From Eledone cirrhosa (Eukaryota), in assembly GCA_964016885.1 (NCBI GenBank), contig OZ024762.1, forward strand, positions 29,326,001 through 29,390,000: 64,000 nucleotides of DNA, read 5' to 3'. Under the pieces are notes generated by a model that was not told the DNA's origin, ran no database searches, and saw only the letters and a list, made by a program, of their open reading frames with translations. This document shows positions 9,701-22,900 of this stretch, one piece after another. Every line of letters starts with the position of its first letter. Within the stretch, counting starts at the first letter, position 1. The position numbers and the translations under genes were made by a program.

Positions 9701-12700
9701 AGGGTCAGATGCCAGGTTAGGGTGGTGGGTTGGCAGTAAGGGTAGAGGGTCAGATGTCAGGTTAGGGTGGTGGGTTGTCAGTAAGGGTAGAGGGTCAGAT
9801 GTCAGGTTAGGGTGGTGGGTTGTCAGTAAGGGTAGAGGGTCAGATGTCAGGTTAGGGTGGTGGGTTGGCAGTAAGGGTAGAGGGTCAGATGTCAGGTTAG
9901 GGTGGTGGGTTGGCAGTAAGGGTAGAGGGTCAGATGTCAGGTTAGGGTGGTGGGTTGGCAGTAAGGGTAGAGGGTCAGATGTCATGTTAGGGTGGTGGGT
10001 TGGCAGTAAGGGTAGAGGGTCAGATGTCATGTTAGGGTGGTGGTTTGGCAGTAAGGGTAGAGGGTCAGACACCATGTTAGGGTGGTGGGTTGGCAGTTAG
10101 GGTAGAGGGTCAGATGTCATGTTATGGTGGTGGGTTGGCAGTAAGGGTAGAGGGTCAGATGTCAGGTTAGGGTGGTGGGTTGTCAGTAAGGGTAGAGGGT
10201 CAGATGTCAGGTTAGGGTGGTGGGTTGGCAGTAAGGGTAGAGGGTCAGATGTCATGTTAGGGTGGTGGGTTTGCAGTATTGGTAGAGGGTCAGATGTCAG
10301 GTTAGGGTGGTGGGTTGGCAGTATTGGTAGAGGGTCACATGTCAGGTTAGGGTGGTGGTTTGGCAGTATTGGTAGAGGGTCAGATGTCAGGTTAGGGTGG
10401 TGGTTTGGCAGTATTGGTAGAGGGTCAGATGTCATGTTAGGGTGGTGGTTTGGCAGTAAGGGTAGAGGGTCAGATGTCATGTTAGGGTGGTGGGTTGGCA
10501 GGAAGGGTAGAGGGTCAGATGTCATGTTAGGGTGGTGGGTTGGCAGTATTGGTAGAGGGCCAGACGCCATGTTAGGGTGGTGGGTTGGCAGTATTGGTAG
10601 AGGGTCAGATGTCATGTTAGGGTGGTGGGTTGGCAGTATTGGTAGAGGGTCAGATGTCATGTTAGGGTGGTGGGTTGGCAGTATTGGTAGAGGGTCAGAT
10701 GTCAGGTTAGGGTGGTGGGTTGGCAGTAAGGGTAGAGGGTCAGATGTCAGGTTAGGGTTGTGGGTTGCCAGTATTGGTAGAGGGTCAGATGTCAGGTTAG
10801 GGTGGTGGGTTGGCAGTATTGGTAGAGGGTCAGATGTCAGGTTAGGGTGGTGGGTTGGCAGTAAGGGTAGAGGGTCAGATGTCAGGTTAGGGTGGTGGGT
10901 TGCCAGTATTGGTAGAGGGTCAGATGTCAGGTTAGGGTGATGGGTTGGCAGTATTGGTAGAGGGTCAGATGTCAGGTTAGGGTGGTGGGTTGGCAGTATT
11001 GGTAGAGGGTCAGATGTCAGGTTAGGGTGGTGGGTTGGCGGTAAGGGTAGAGGGTCAGATGTCAGGTTAGGGTGGTGGGTTGGCAGTATTGGTAGAGGGT
11101 CAGATGTCATGTTAGGGTGGTGGGTTGGCAGTATTGGTAGAGGGTCAGATGTCATGTTAGGGTGGTGGGTTGGCAGTATTGGTAGAGGGTCAGATGTCAG
11201 GTTAGGGTGGTGGGTTGGCAGTAAGGGTAGAGGGTCAGATGTCATGTTAGGGTGGTGGGTTGGCAGTAAGTGTAGAGGGTCAGATGTCAGGTTAGGGTTG
11301 TGGGTTGCCAGTATTGGTAGAGGGTCAGATGTCAGGTTAGGGTGGTGGGTTGGCAGTATTGGTAGAGGGTCAGATGTCAGGTTAGGGTGGTGGGTTGGCA
11401 GTATTGGTAGAGGGTCAGATGTCATGTTAGGGTGGTGGGTTGGCAGTATTGGTAGAGTGTCAGATGTCATGTTAGGGTGGTGGGTTTGCAGTATTGGTAG
11501 AGGGTCAGATGTCAGGTTAGGGTGGTGGGTTGGCAGTATTGGTAGAGGGTCCGATGTCAGGTTAGGGTGGTGGGTTGGCAGTAAGGGTAGAGTGTCAGAC
11601 ACCATGTTAGGGTGGTGGGTTGGCATAAAGGGTAGAGGGTCAGACACCATGTTAGGGTGATGGGTTGGCAGTAAGGGTAGAGGGTCAGATGCCATGTTAG
11701 GGTGGTGTGTTTGCAGTAAGGGTAGAGGGTCAGATGCCATGTTATGGTGGTGGGTTGGCAGTAAGGGTAGAGGGTCAGATGTCATGTTAGGGTGGTGGTT
11801 TGGCAGTAAGGGTAGAGGGTCAGATGTCAGGTTAGGGTGGTGGGTTGTCAATAAGGGTAGAGGGTCAGATGCCAGGTTAGGGTGGTGGGTTGGCAGTAAG
11901 GGTAGAGGGTCAGATGTCAGGTTAGGGTGGTGGGTTGTCAGTAAGGGTAGAGGGTCAGATGTCAGGTTAGGGTGGTGGGTTGTCAGTAAGGGTAGAGGGT
12001 CAGATGTCAGGTTAGGGTGGTGGGTTGGCAGTAAGGGTAGAGGGTCAGATGTCAGGTTAGGGTGGTGGGTTGGCAGTAAGGGTAGAGGGTCAGATGTCAG
12101 GTTAGGGTGGTGGGTTGGCAGTAAGGGTAGAGGGTCAGATGTCATGTTAGGGTGGTGGGTTGGCAGTAAGGGTAGAGGGTCAGATGTCATGTTAGGGTGG
12201 TGGTTTGGCAGTAAGGGTAGAGGGTCAGACACCATGTTAGGGTGGTGGGTTGGCAGTTAGGGTAGAGGGTCAGATGTCATGTTATGGTGGTGGGTTGGCA
12301 GTAAGGGTAGAGGGTCAGATGTCAGGTTAGGGTGGTGGGTTGTCAGTAAGGGTAGAGGGTCAGATGTCAGGTTAGGGTGGTGGGTTGGCAGTAAGGGTAG
12401 AGGGTCAGATGTCATGTTAGGGTGGTGGGTTTGCAGTATTGGTAGAGGGTCAGATGTCAGGTTAGGGTGGTGGGTTGGCAGTATTGGTAGAGGGTCACAT
12501 GTCAGGTTAGGGTGGTGGTTTGGCAGTATTGGTAGAGGGTCAGATGTCAGGTTAGGGTGGTGGTTTGGCAGTATTGGTAGAGGGTCAGATGTCATGTTAG
12601 GGTGGTGGTTTGGCAGTAAGGGTAGAGGGTCAGATGTCATGTTAGGGTGGTGGGTTGGCAGTATTGGTAGAGGGCCAGACGCCATGTTAGGGTGGTGGGT

Positions 12701-15700
12701 TGGCAGTATTGGTAGAGGGTCAGATGTCATGTTAGGGTGGTGGGTTGGCAGTATTGGTAGAGGGTCAGATGTCATGTTAGGGTGGTGGGTTGGCAGTATT
12801 GGTAGAGGGTCAGATGTCAGGTTAGGGTGGTGGGTTGGCAGTAAGGGTAGAGGGTCAGATGTCAGGTTAGGGTTGTGGGTTGCCAGTATTGGTAGAGGGT
12901 CAGATGTCAGGTTAGGGTGGTGGGTTGGCAGTATTGGTAGAGGGTCAGATGTCAGGTTAGGGTGGTGGGTTGGCAGTAAGGGTAGAGGGTCAGATGTCAG
13001 GTTAGGGTGGTGGGTTGCCAGTATTGGTAGAGGGTCAGATGTCAGGTTAGGGTGATGGGTTGGCAGTATTGGTAGAGGGTCAGATGTCAGGTTAGGGTGG
13101 TGGGTTGGCAGTATTGGTAGAGGGTCAGATGTCAGGTTAGGGTGGTGGGTTGGCGGTAAGGGTAGAGGGTCAGATGTCAGGTTAGGGTGGTGGGTTGGCA
13201 GTATTGGTAGAGGGTCAGATGTCATGTTAGGGTGGTGGGTTGGCAGTATTGGTAGAGGGTCAGATGTCATGTTAGGGTGGTGGGTTGGCAGTATTGGTAG
13301 AGGGTCAGATGTCAGGTTAGGGTGGTGGGTTGGCAGTAAGGGTAGAGGGTCAGATGTCATGTTAGGGTGGTGGGTTGGCAGTAAGGGTAGAGGGTCAGAT
13401 GTCAGGTTAGGGTTGTGGGTTGCCAGTATTGGTAGAGGGTCAGATGTCAGGTTAGGGTGGTGGGTTGGCAGTATTGGTAGAGGGTCAGATGTCAGGTTAG
13501 GGTGGTGGGTTGGCAGTATTGGTAGAGGGTCAGATGTCATGTTAGGGTGGTGGGTTGGCAGTATTGGTAGAGTGTCAGATGTCATGTTAGGGTGGTGGGT
13601 TGGCAGTATTGGTAGAGGGTCAGATGTCAGGTTAGGGTGGTGGGTTGGCAGTAAGGGTAGAGGGTCAGATGTCAGGTTAGGGTGGTGGGTTGCCAGTATT
13701 GGTAGAGGGTCAGATGTCAGGTTAGGGTGGTGGGTTGGCAGTATTGGTAGAGGGTCAGATGTCAGGTTAGGGTGGTGGGTTGGCAGTATTGGTAGAGGGT
13801 CAGACGCCATGTTAGGGTGGTGGGTTGGCAGTATTGGTAGAGGGTCAGATGTCATGTTAGGGTGGTGGGTTGGCAGTATTGGTAGAGGGTCAGATGTCAT
13901 GTTAGGGTGGTGGGTTGGCAGTATTGGTAGAGGGTAAGATGTCAGGTTAGGGTGGTGGGTTGGCAGTAAGGGTAGAGGGTCAGATGTCAGGTTAGGGTGG
14001 TGGGTTGCCAGTATTGGTAGAGGGTCAGATGTCAGGTTAGGGTGGTGGGTTGGCAGTATTGGTAGAGGGTCAGATGTCAGGTTAGGGTGGTGGGTTGGCA
14101 GTATTGGTAGAGGGTCAGATGTCAGGTTAGGGTGGTGGGTTGGCGGTAAGGGTAGAGGGTCAGATGTCAGGTTAGGGTGGTGGGTTGGCAGTATTGGTAG
14201 AGGGTCAGATGTCATGTTAGGGTGTTGGGTTGGCAGTATTGGTAGAGGGTCAGATGTCATGTTAGGGTGGTGGGTTGGCAGTATTGATAGAGGATCAGAA
14301 GTCATGTTAGGGTGGTGGGTTGGCAGTATTGGTAGAGGGTCAGATGTCAGGTTAGGGTGGTGGTTTGGCAGTATTGGTAGAGGGTCAGATGTCATGTTAG
14401 GGTGGTCGGTTTGCAGTATTGGTAGAGGGTCAGATGTCAGGTTAGGGTGGTGGGTTGGCAGTATTGGTAGAGGGTCACATGTCAGGTTAGGGTGGTGGTT
14501 TGGCAGTATTGGTAGAGGGTCAGATGTCAGGTTAGGGTGGTGGTTTGGCAGTATTGGTAGAGGGTCAGATGTCATGTTAGGGTGGTGGTTTGTCACTAAG
14601 GGTAGAGGGTCAGATGTCATGTTAGGGTGGTGGGTTGGCAGTATTGGTAGAGGGTCAGACGCCATGTTAGGGTGGTGGGTTGGCAGTATTGGTAGAGGGT
14701 CAGATGTCATGTTAGGGTGGTGGGTTGGCAGTATTGGTAGAGGGTCAGATGTCATGTTAGGGTGGTGGGTTGGCAGTATTGGTAGAGGGTCAGATGTCAG
14801 GTTAGTGTGGTGGGTTGGCAGTAAGGGTAGAGGGTCAGATATCAGGTTAGGGTGGTGGGTTGCCAGTATTGGTAGAGGGTCAGATGTCAGGTTAGGGTGG
14901 TGGGTTGGCAGTATTGGTAGAGGGTCAGATGTCAGGTTAGGGTGGTGGGTTGGCAGTATTGGTAGAGGGTCAGACGCCATGTTAGGGTGGTGGGTTGGCA
15001 GTATTGGTAGAGGGTCAGATGTCATGTTAGGGTGGTGTGTTTGCAGTAAGGGTAGAGGGTCAGATGCCATGTTATGGTGGTGGGTTGGCAGTAAGGGTAG
15101 AGGGTCAGATGTCATGTTAGGGTGGTGGTTTGGCAGTAAGGGTAGAGGGTCAGATGTCAGGTTAGGGTGGTGGGTTGTCAATAAGGGTAGAGGGTCAGAT
15201 GCCAGGTTAGGGTGGTGGGTTGGCAGTAAGGGTAGAGGGTCAGATGTCAGGTTAGGGTGGTGGGTTGTCAGTAAGGGTAGAGGGTCAGATGTCAGGTTAG
15301 GGTGGTGGGTTGTCAGTAAGGGTAGAGGGTCAGATGTCAGGTTAGGGTGGTGGGTTGGCAGTAAGGGTAGAGGGTCAGATGTCAGGTTAGGGTGGTGGGT
15401 TGGCAGTAAGGGTAGAGGGTCAGATGTCAGGTTAGGGTGGTGGGTTGGCAGTAAGGGTAGAGGGTCAGATGTCATGTTAGGGTGGTGGGTTGGCAGTAAG
15501 GGTAGAGGGTCAGATGTCATGTTAGGGTGGTGGTTTGGCAGTAAGGGTAGAGGGTCAGACACCATGTTAGGGTGGTGGGTTGGCAGTTAGGGTAGAGGGT
15601 CAGATGTCATGTTATGGTGGTGGGTTGGCAGTAAGGGTAGAGGGTCAGATGTCAGGTTAGGGTGGTGGGTTGTCAGTAAGGGTAGAGGGTCAGATGTCAG

Positions 15701-16980
15701 GTTAGGGTGGTGGGTTGGCAGTAAGGGTAGAGGGTCAGATGTCATGTTAGGGTGGTGGGTTTGCAGTATTGGTAGAGGGTCAGATGTCAGGTTAGGGTGG
15801 TGGGTTGGCAGTATTGGTAGAGGGTCACATGTCAGGTTAGGGTGGTGGTTTGGCAGTATTGGTAGAGGGTCAGATGTCAGGTTAGGGTGGTGGTTTGGCA
15901 GTATTGGTAGAGGGTCAGATGTCATGTTAGGGTGGTGGTTTGGCAGTAAGGGTAGAGGGTCAGATGTCATGTTAGGGTGGTGGGTTGGCAGGAAGGGTAG
16001 AGGGTCAGATGTCATGTTAGGGTGGTGGGTTGGCAGTATTGGTAGAGGGCCAGACGCCATGTTAGGGTGGTGGGTTGGCAGTATTGGTAGAGGGTCAGAT
16101 GTCATGTTAGGGTGGTGGGTTGGCAGTATTGGTAGAGGGTCAGATGTCATGTTAGGGTGGTGGGTTGGCAGTATTGGTAGAGGGTCAGATGTCAGGTTAG
16201 GGTGGTGGGTTGGCAGTAAGGGTAGAGGGTCAGATGTCAGGTTAGGGTTGTGGGTTGCCAGTATTGGTAGAGGGTCAGATGTCAGGTTAGGGTGGTGGGT
16301 TGGCAGTATTGGTAGAGGGTCAGATGTCAGGTTAGGGTGGTGGGTTGGCAGTAAGGGTAGAGGGTCAGATGTCAGGTTAGGGTGGTGGGTTGCCAGTATT
16401 GGTAGAGGGTCAGATGTCAGGTTAGGGTGATGGGTTGGCAGTATTGGTAGAGGGTCAGATGTCAGGTTAGGGTGGTGGGTTGGCAGTATTGGTAGAGGGT
16501 CAGATGTCAGGTTAGGGTGGTGGGTTGGCGGTAAGGGTAGAGGGTCAGATGTCAGGTTAGGGTGGTGGGTTGGCAGTATTGGTAGAGGGTCAGATGTCAT
16601 GTTAGGGTGGTGGGTTGGCAGTATTGGTAGAGGGTCAGATGTCATGTTAGGGTGGTGGGTTGGCAGTATTGGTAGAGGGTCAGATGTCAGGTTAGGGTGG
16701 TGGGTTGGCAGTAAGGGTAGAGGGTCAGATGTCATGTTAGGGTGGTGGGTTGGCAGTAAGTGTAGAGGGTCAGATGTCAGGTTAGGGTTGTGGGTTGCCA
16801 GTATTGGTAGAGGGTCAGATGTCAGGTTAGGGTGGTGGGTTGGCAGTATTGGTAGAGGGTCAGATGTCAGGTTAGGGTGGTGGGTTGGCAGTATTGGTAG
16901 AGGGTCAGATGTCATGTTAGGGTGGTGGGTTGGCAGTATTGGTAGAGTGTCAGATGTCATGTTAGGGTGGTGGGTTTGCA
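6001..16980 (+). repeat. Near-perfect tandem duplication of 5490 bp (122 monomers): about 6001-11490 and 11491-16980
   Basis: Rare variants recur at exactly +5490: CCGATG 6061/11551, TTAGGG in half B 6767/12257 and 10097/15587, GGGTAAGAT stop ending 8447/13937, TAAGTGT 11271/16761. The two 1102-aa minus-strand translations differ at one residue (T8689 vs G14179). Confidence 0.92.
6061..6910 (+). repeat. AG-type cassette (about 19 consecutive non-TT monomers with a fixed marker order), example copy
   Basis: Order: GGTCCGAT, AGAGTGTCAGACACC, GCATAAAG, GGGTGATG, GATGCC x2, TTATGG, GTCAATAAG, TTGTCAG x2, GACACC, GCAGTTAGGG, TTATGG. Related starts at about 2956, 11551, 18840, 20684, 24509, 26263, 40791, 43041, 49430, 53930, 55235 and 63471. 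Confidence 0.85.
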
Positions 16981-19900
16981 GTATTGGTAGAGGGTCAGAT
17001 GTCAGGTTAGGGTGGTGGGTTGGCAGTAAGGGTAGAGGGTCAGATGTCAGGTTAGGGTGGTGGGTTGCCAGTATTGGTAGAGGGTCAGATGTCAGGTTAG
17101 GGTGGTGGGTTGGCAGTATTGGTAGAGGGTCAGATGTCAGGTTAGGGTGGTGGGTTGGCAGTATTGGTAGAGGGTCAGACGCCATGTTAGGGTGGTGGGT
17201 TGGCAGTATTGGTAGAGGGTCAGATGTCATGTTAGGGTGGTGGGTTGGCAGTATTGGTAGAGGGTCAGATGTCATGTTAGGGTGGTGGGTTGGCAGTATT
17301 GGTAGAGGGTAAGATGTCAGGTTAGGGTGGTGGGTTGGCAGTAAGGGTAGAGGGTCAGATGTCAGGTTAGGGTGGTGGGTTGCCAGTATTGGTAGAGGGT
17401 CAGATGTCAGGTTAGGGTGGTGGGTTGGCAGTATTGGTAGAGGGTCAGATGTCATGTTAGGGTGGTGGGTTGGCAGTATTGGTAGAGGGTCAGATGTCAG
17501 GTTAGGGTGGTGGGTTGGCGGTAAGGGTAGAGGGTCAGATGTCAGGTTAGGGTGGTGGGTTGGCAGTATTGGTAGAGGGTCAGATGTCATGTTAGGGTGT
17601 TGGGTTGGCAGTATTGGTAGAGGGTCAGATGTCATGTTAGGGTGGTGGGTTGGCAGTATTGATAGAGGATCAGAAGTCATGTTAGGGTGGTGGGTTGGCA
17701 GTATTGGTAGAGGGTCAGATGTCAGGTTAGGGTGGTGGTTTGGCAGAATTGGTAGAGGGTCAGATGTCATGTTAGGGTGGTGGGTTTGCAGTACTGGTAG
17801 AGGGTCAGATGTCAGGTTAGGGTGGTGGGTTGGCAGTATTGGTAGAGGGTCACATGTCAGGTTAGGGTGGTGGTTTGGCAGTATTGGTAGAGGGTCAGAT
17901 GTCAGGTTAGGGTGGTGGTTTGGCAGTATTGGTAGAGGGTCAGATGTCATGTTAGGGTGGTGGTTTGTCACTAAGGGTAGAGGGTCAGATGTCATGTTAG
18001 GGTGGTGGGTTGGCAGTATTGGTAGAGGGTCAGACGCCATGTTAGGGTGGTGGGTTGGCAGTATTGGTAGAGGGTCAGATGTCATGTTAGGGTGGTGGGT
18101 TGGCAGTATTGGTAGAGGGTCAGATGTCATGTTAGGGTGGTGGGTTGGCAGTATTGGTAGAGGGTCAGATGTCAGGTTAGTGTGGTGGGTTGGCAGTAAG
18201 GGTAGAGGGTCAGATATCAGGTTAGGGTGGTGGGTTGCCAGTATTGGTAGAGGGTCAGATGTCAGGTTAGGGTGGTGGGTTGGCAGTATTGGTAGAGGGT
18301 CAGATGTCAGGTTAGGGTGGTGGGTTGGCAGTATTGGTAGAGGGTCAGACGCCATGTTAGGGTGGTGGGTTGGCAGTATTGGTAGAGGGTCAGATGTCAT
18401 GTTAGGGTGGTGGGTTGGCAGTATTGGTAGAGGGTCAGATGTCATGTTAGGGTGGTGGGTTGGCAGTATTGGTAGAGGGTCAGATGTCAGGTTAGGGTGG
18501 TGGGTTGGCAGTAAGGGTAGAGGGTCAGATGTCAGGTTAGGGTGGTGGGTTGCCAGTATTGGTAGAGGGTCAGATGTCAGGTTAGGCTGGTGGGTTGGCC
18601 GTATTGGTAGAGGGTCAGATGTCATGTTAGGGTGGTGGGTTGGCAGTATTGGTAGAGGGTCAGATGTCATGTTAGGGTGGTGGGTTGGCAGTATTGGTAG
18701 AGGGTCAGATGTCAGGTTATGGTGGTGGGTTGGCAGTAAGGGTAGAGGGTCAGATGTCAGGTTAGGGTGGTGGGTTGCCAGTATTGGTAGAGGGTCAGAT
18801 GTCAGGTTAGGGTGGTGGGTTGGCAGTATGGTAGAGGGTCCGATGTCAGGTTAGGGTGGTGGGTTGGCAGTATGGGTAGAGTGTCAGACACCATGTTAGG
18901 GTGGTGGGTTGGCATAAAGGGTAGAGGGTCAGACACCATGTTAGGGTGATGGGTTGGCAGTAAGGGTAGAGGGTCAGATGCCATGTTAGGGTGGTGGGTT
19001 GGCAGTAAGGGTAGAGGGTCAGATGCCATGTTATGGTGGTGGGTTGGCAGTAAGAGTAGAGGGTCAGATGTCATGTTAGGGTGGTGGTTTGGCAGTAAGG
19101 GTAGAGGGTCAGATGTCATGTTAGGGTGGTGGGTTGTCAGTAAGGGTAGAGGGTCAGATGTCAGGTTAGGGTGATGGGTTGGCAGTAAGGGTAGAGGGTC
19201 AGATGTCAGGTTAGGGTGGTGGGTTGTCAGTAAGGGTAGAGGGTCAGATGTCAGGTTAGGGTGGTGGGTTGTCAGTAAGGGTAGAGGGTCAGATGTCAGG
19301 TTAGGGTGGTGGGTTGGCAGTAAGGGTAGAGGGTCAGATGTCAGGTTAGGGTGGTGGGTTGGCAGTAAGGGTAGAGGGTCAGATGTCAGGTTAGGGTGGT
19401 GGGTTGGCAGAAGGGTAGAGGGTTAGATGTCATGTTAGGGTGGTGGGTTGGCAGTAAGGGTAGAGGGTCAGATGTCATGTTAGGGTGGTGGGTTGGCAGT
19501 AAGGGTAGAGGGTCAGACACCATGTTAGGGTGGTGGGTTGGCAGTTAGGGTAGAGGGTCAGATGTCATGTTATGGTGGTGGGTTGGCAGTAAGGGTAGAG
19601 GGTCAGATGTCAGGTTAGGGTGGTGGGTTGTCAGTAAGGGTAGAGGGTCAGATGTCAGGTTAGGGTGGTGGGTTGGCAGTAAGGGTAGAGGGTCAGATGT
19701 CATGTTAGGGTGGTGGGTTTGCAGTATTGGTAGAGGGTCAGATGTCAGGTTAGGGTGGTGGGTTGGCAGTATTGGTAGAGGGTCACATGTCAGGTTAGGG
19801 TGGTGGTTTGGCAGTATTGGTAGAGGGTCAGATGTCAGGTTAGGGTGGTGGTTTGGCAGTATTGGTAGAGGGTCAGATGTCATGTTAGGGTGGTGGTTTG

Positions 19901-22900
19901 GCAGTAAGGGTAGAGGGTCAGATGTCATGTTAGGGTGGTGGGTTGGCAGGAAGGGTAGAGGGTTAGATGTCATGTTAGGGTGGTGGGTTGGCAGTATTGG
20001 TAGAGGGCCAGACGCCATGTTAGGGTGGGGGGTTGGCAGTATTGGTAGAGGGTCAGATGTCATGTTAGGGTGGTGGGTTGGCAGTATTGGTAGAGGGTCA
20101 GATGTCATGTTAGGGTGGTGGGTTGGCAGTATTGGTAGAGGGTCAGATGTCAGGTTAGGGTGGTGGGTTGGCAGTATTGGTAGAGGGTCAGACGCCATGT
20201 TAGGGTGGTGGGTTGGCAGTATTGGTAGAGGGTCAGATGTCATGTTAGGGTGGTGGGTTGGCAGAATTGGTAGAGGGTCAGATCTCATGTTAGGGTGGTG
20301 GGTTGGCAGTATTGGTAGAGGGTCAGATGTCAGGTTAGGGTGGTGGGTTGGCAGTAAGGGTAGAGGGTCAGATGTCAGGTTAGGGTGGTGGGTTGCCAGT
20401 ATTGGTAGAGGGTCAGATGTCAGGTTAGGGTGGTGGGTTGGCAGTATTGGTAGAGGGTCAGATGTCAGGTTAGGGTGGTGGGTTGGCAGTATTGGTAGAG
20501 GGTCAGATGTCATGTTAGGGTGGTGGGTTGGCAGTATTGGTAGAGGGTCAGATGTCAGGTTATGGTGGTGGGTTGGCAGTAAGGGTAGAGGGTCAGATGT
20601 CAGGTTAGGGTGGTGGGTTGCCAGTATTGGTAGAGGGTCAGATGTCAAGTTAGGGTGGTGGGTTGGCAGTATTGGTAGAGGGTCCGATGTCAGGTTAGGG
20701 TGGTGGGTTGGCAGTAAGGGTAGAGTGTCAGACACCATGTTAGGGTGGTGGGTTGGCATAAAGGGTAGAGGGTCAGACACCATGTTAGGGTGATGGGTTG
20801 GCAGTAAGGGTAGAGGGTCAGATGCCATGTTAGGGTGGTGGGTTGGCAGTAAGGGTAGAGGGTCAGATGCCATGTTATGGTGGTGGGTTGGCAGTAAGGG
20901 TAGAGGGTCAGATGTCATGTTAGGGTGGTGGTTTGGCAGTAAGGGTAGAGGGTCAGATGTCAGGTTAGGGTGGTGGGTTGTCAATAAGGGTAGAGGGTCA
21001 GATGCCAGGTTAGGGTGGTGGGTTGGCAGTAAGGGTAGAGGGTCAGATGTCAGGTTAGGGTGGTGGGTTGTCAGTAAGGGTAGAGGGTCAGATGTCAGGT
21101 TAGGGTGGTGGGTTGTCAGTAAGGGTAGAGGGTCAGATGTCAGATTAGGGTGGTGGGTTGGCAGTAAGGGTAGAGGGTCAGATGTCAGGTTAGGGTGGTG
21201 GGTTGGCAGTAAGGGTAGAGGGTCAGATGTCATGTTAGGGTGGTGGGTTGGCAGTAAGGGTAGAGGGTCAGATGTCATGTTAGGGTGGTGGTTTGGCAGT
21301 AAGGGTAGAGGGTCAGACACCATGTTAGGGTGGTGGGTTGGCAGTTAGGGTAGAGGGTCAGATGTCATGTTATGGTGGTGGGTTGGCAGTAAGGGTAGAG
21401 GGTCAGATGTCAGGTTAGGGTGGTGGGTTGTCAGTAAGGGTAGAGGGTCAGATGTCAGGTTAGGGTGGTGGGTTGGCAGTAAGGGTAGAGGGTCAGATGT
21501 CATGTTAGGGTGGTGGGTTTGCAGTATTGGTAGAGGGTCAGATGTCAGGTTAGGGTGGTGGGTTGGCAGTATTGGTAGAGGGTCACATGTCAGGTTAGGG
21601 TGGTGGTTTGGCAGTATTGGTAGAGGGTCAGATGTCAGGTTAGGGTGGTGGTTTGGCAGTATTGGTAGAGGGTCAGATGTCATGTTAGGGTTGTGGGTTG
21701 GCAGTATTGGTAGAGGGCCAGACGCCATGTTAGGGTGGTGGGTTGGCAGTATTGGTAGAGGGTCAGATGTCATGTTAGGGTGGTGGGTTGGCAGTATTGG
21801 TAGAGGGTCAGATGTCATGTTAGGGTGGTGGGTTGGCAGTATTGGTAGAGGGTCAGATGTCAGGTTAGGGTGGTGGGTTGGCAGTAAGGGTAGAGGGTCA
21901 GATGTCAGGTTAGGGTTGTGGGTTGCCAGTATTGGTAGAGGGTCAGATGTCAGGTTAGGGTGGTGGGTTGGCAGTATTGGTAGAGGGTCAGATGTCAGGT
22001 TAGGGTGGTGGGTTGGCAGTAAGGGTAGAGGGTCAGATGTCAGGTTAGGGTGGTGGGTTGCCAGTATTGGTAGAGGGTCAGATGTCAGGTTAGGGTGATG
22101 GGTTGGCAGTATTGGTAGAGGGTCAGATGTCAGGTTAGGGTGGTGGGTTGGCAGTATTGGTAGAGGGTCAGATGTCAGGTTAGGGTGGTGGGTTGGCGGT
22201 AAGGGTAGAGGGTCAGATGTCAGGTTAGGGTGGTGGGTTGGCAGTATTGGTAGAGGGTCAGATGTCATGTTAGGGTGGTGGGTTGGCAGTATTGGTAGAG
22301 GGTCAGATGTCATGTTAGGGTGGTGGGTTGGCAGTATTGGTAGAGGGTCAGATGTCAGGTTAGGGTGGTGGGTTGGCAGTAAGGGTAGAGGGTCAGATGT
22401 CATGTTAGGGTGGTGGGTTGGCAGTAAGGGTAGAGGGTCAGATGTCAGGTTAGGGTTGTGGGTTGCCAGTATTGGTAGAGGGTCAGATGTCAGGTTAGGG
22501 TGGTGGGTTGGCAGTATTGGTAGAGGGTCAGATGTCAGGTTAGGGTGGTGGGTTGGCAGTATTGGTAGAGGGTCAGATGTCATGTTAGGGTGGTGGGTTG
22601 GCAGTATTGGTAGAGTGTCAGATGTCATGTTAGGGTGGTGGGTTGGCAGTATTGGTAGAGGGTCAGATGTCAGGTTAGGGTGGTGGGTTGGCAGTAAGGG
22701 TAGAGGGTCAGATGTCAGGTTAGGGTGGTGGGTTGCCAGTATTGGTAGAGGGTCAGATGTCAGGTTAGGGTGGTGGGTTGGCAGTATTGGTAGAGGGTCA
22801 GATGTCAGGTTAGGGTGGTGGGTTGGCAGTATTGGTAGAGGGTCAGACGCCATGTTAGGGTGGTGGGTTGGCAGTATTGGTAGAGGGTCAGATGTCATGT

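Noticed and set aside
18586-18593. Exact E. coli Chi site GCTGGTGG (also about 24254); consensus GGTGGTGG is 7/8 Chi and fits the GNNGTGGG VNTR core
   Set aside because: A single substitution in a G/T-rich unit, copied once by duplication. There is no sign of a bacterial context, and the core resemblance has no demonstrable function here.
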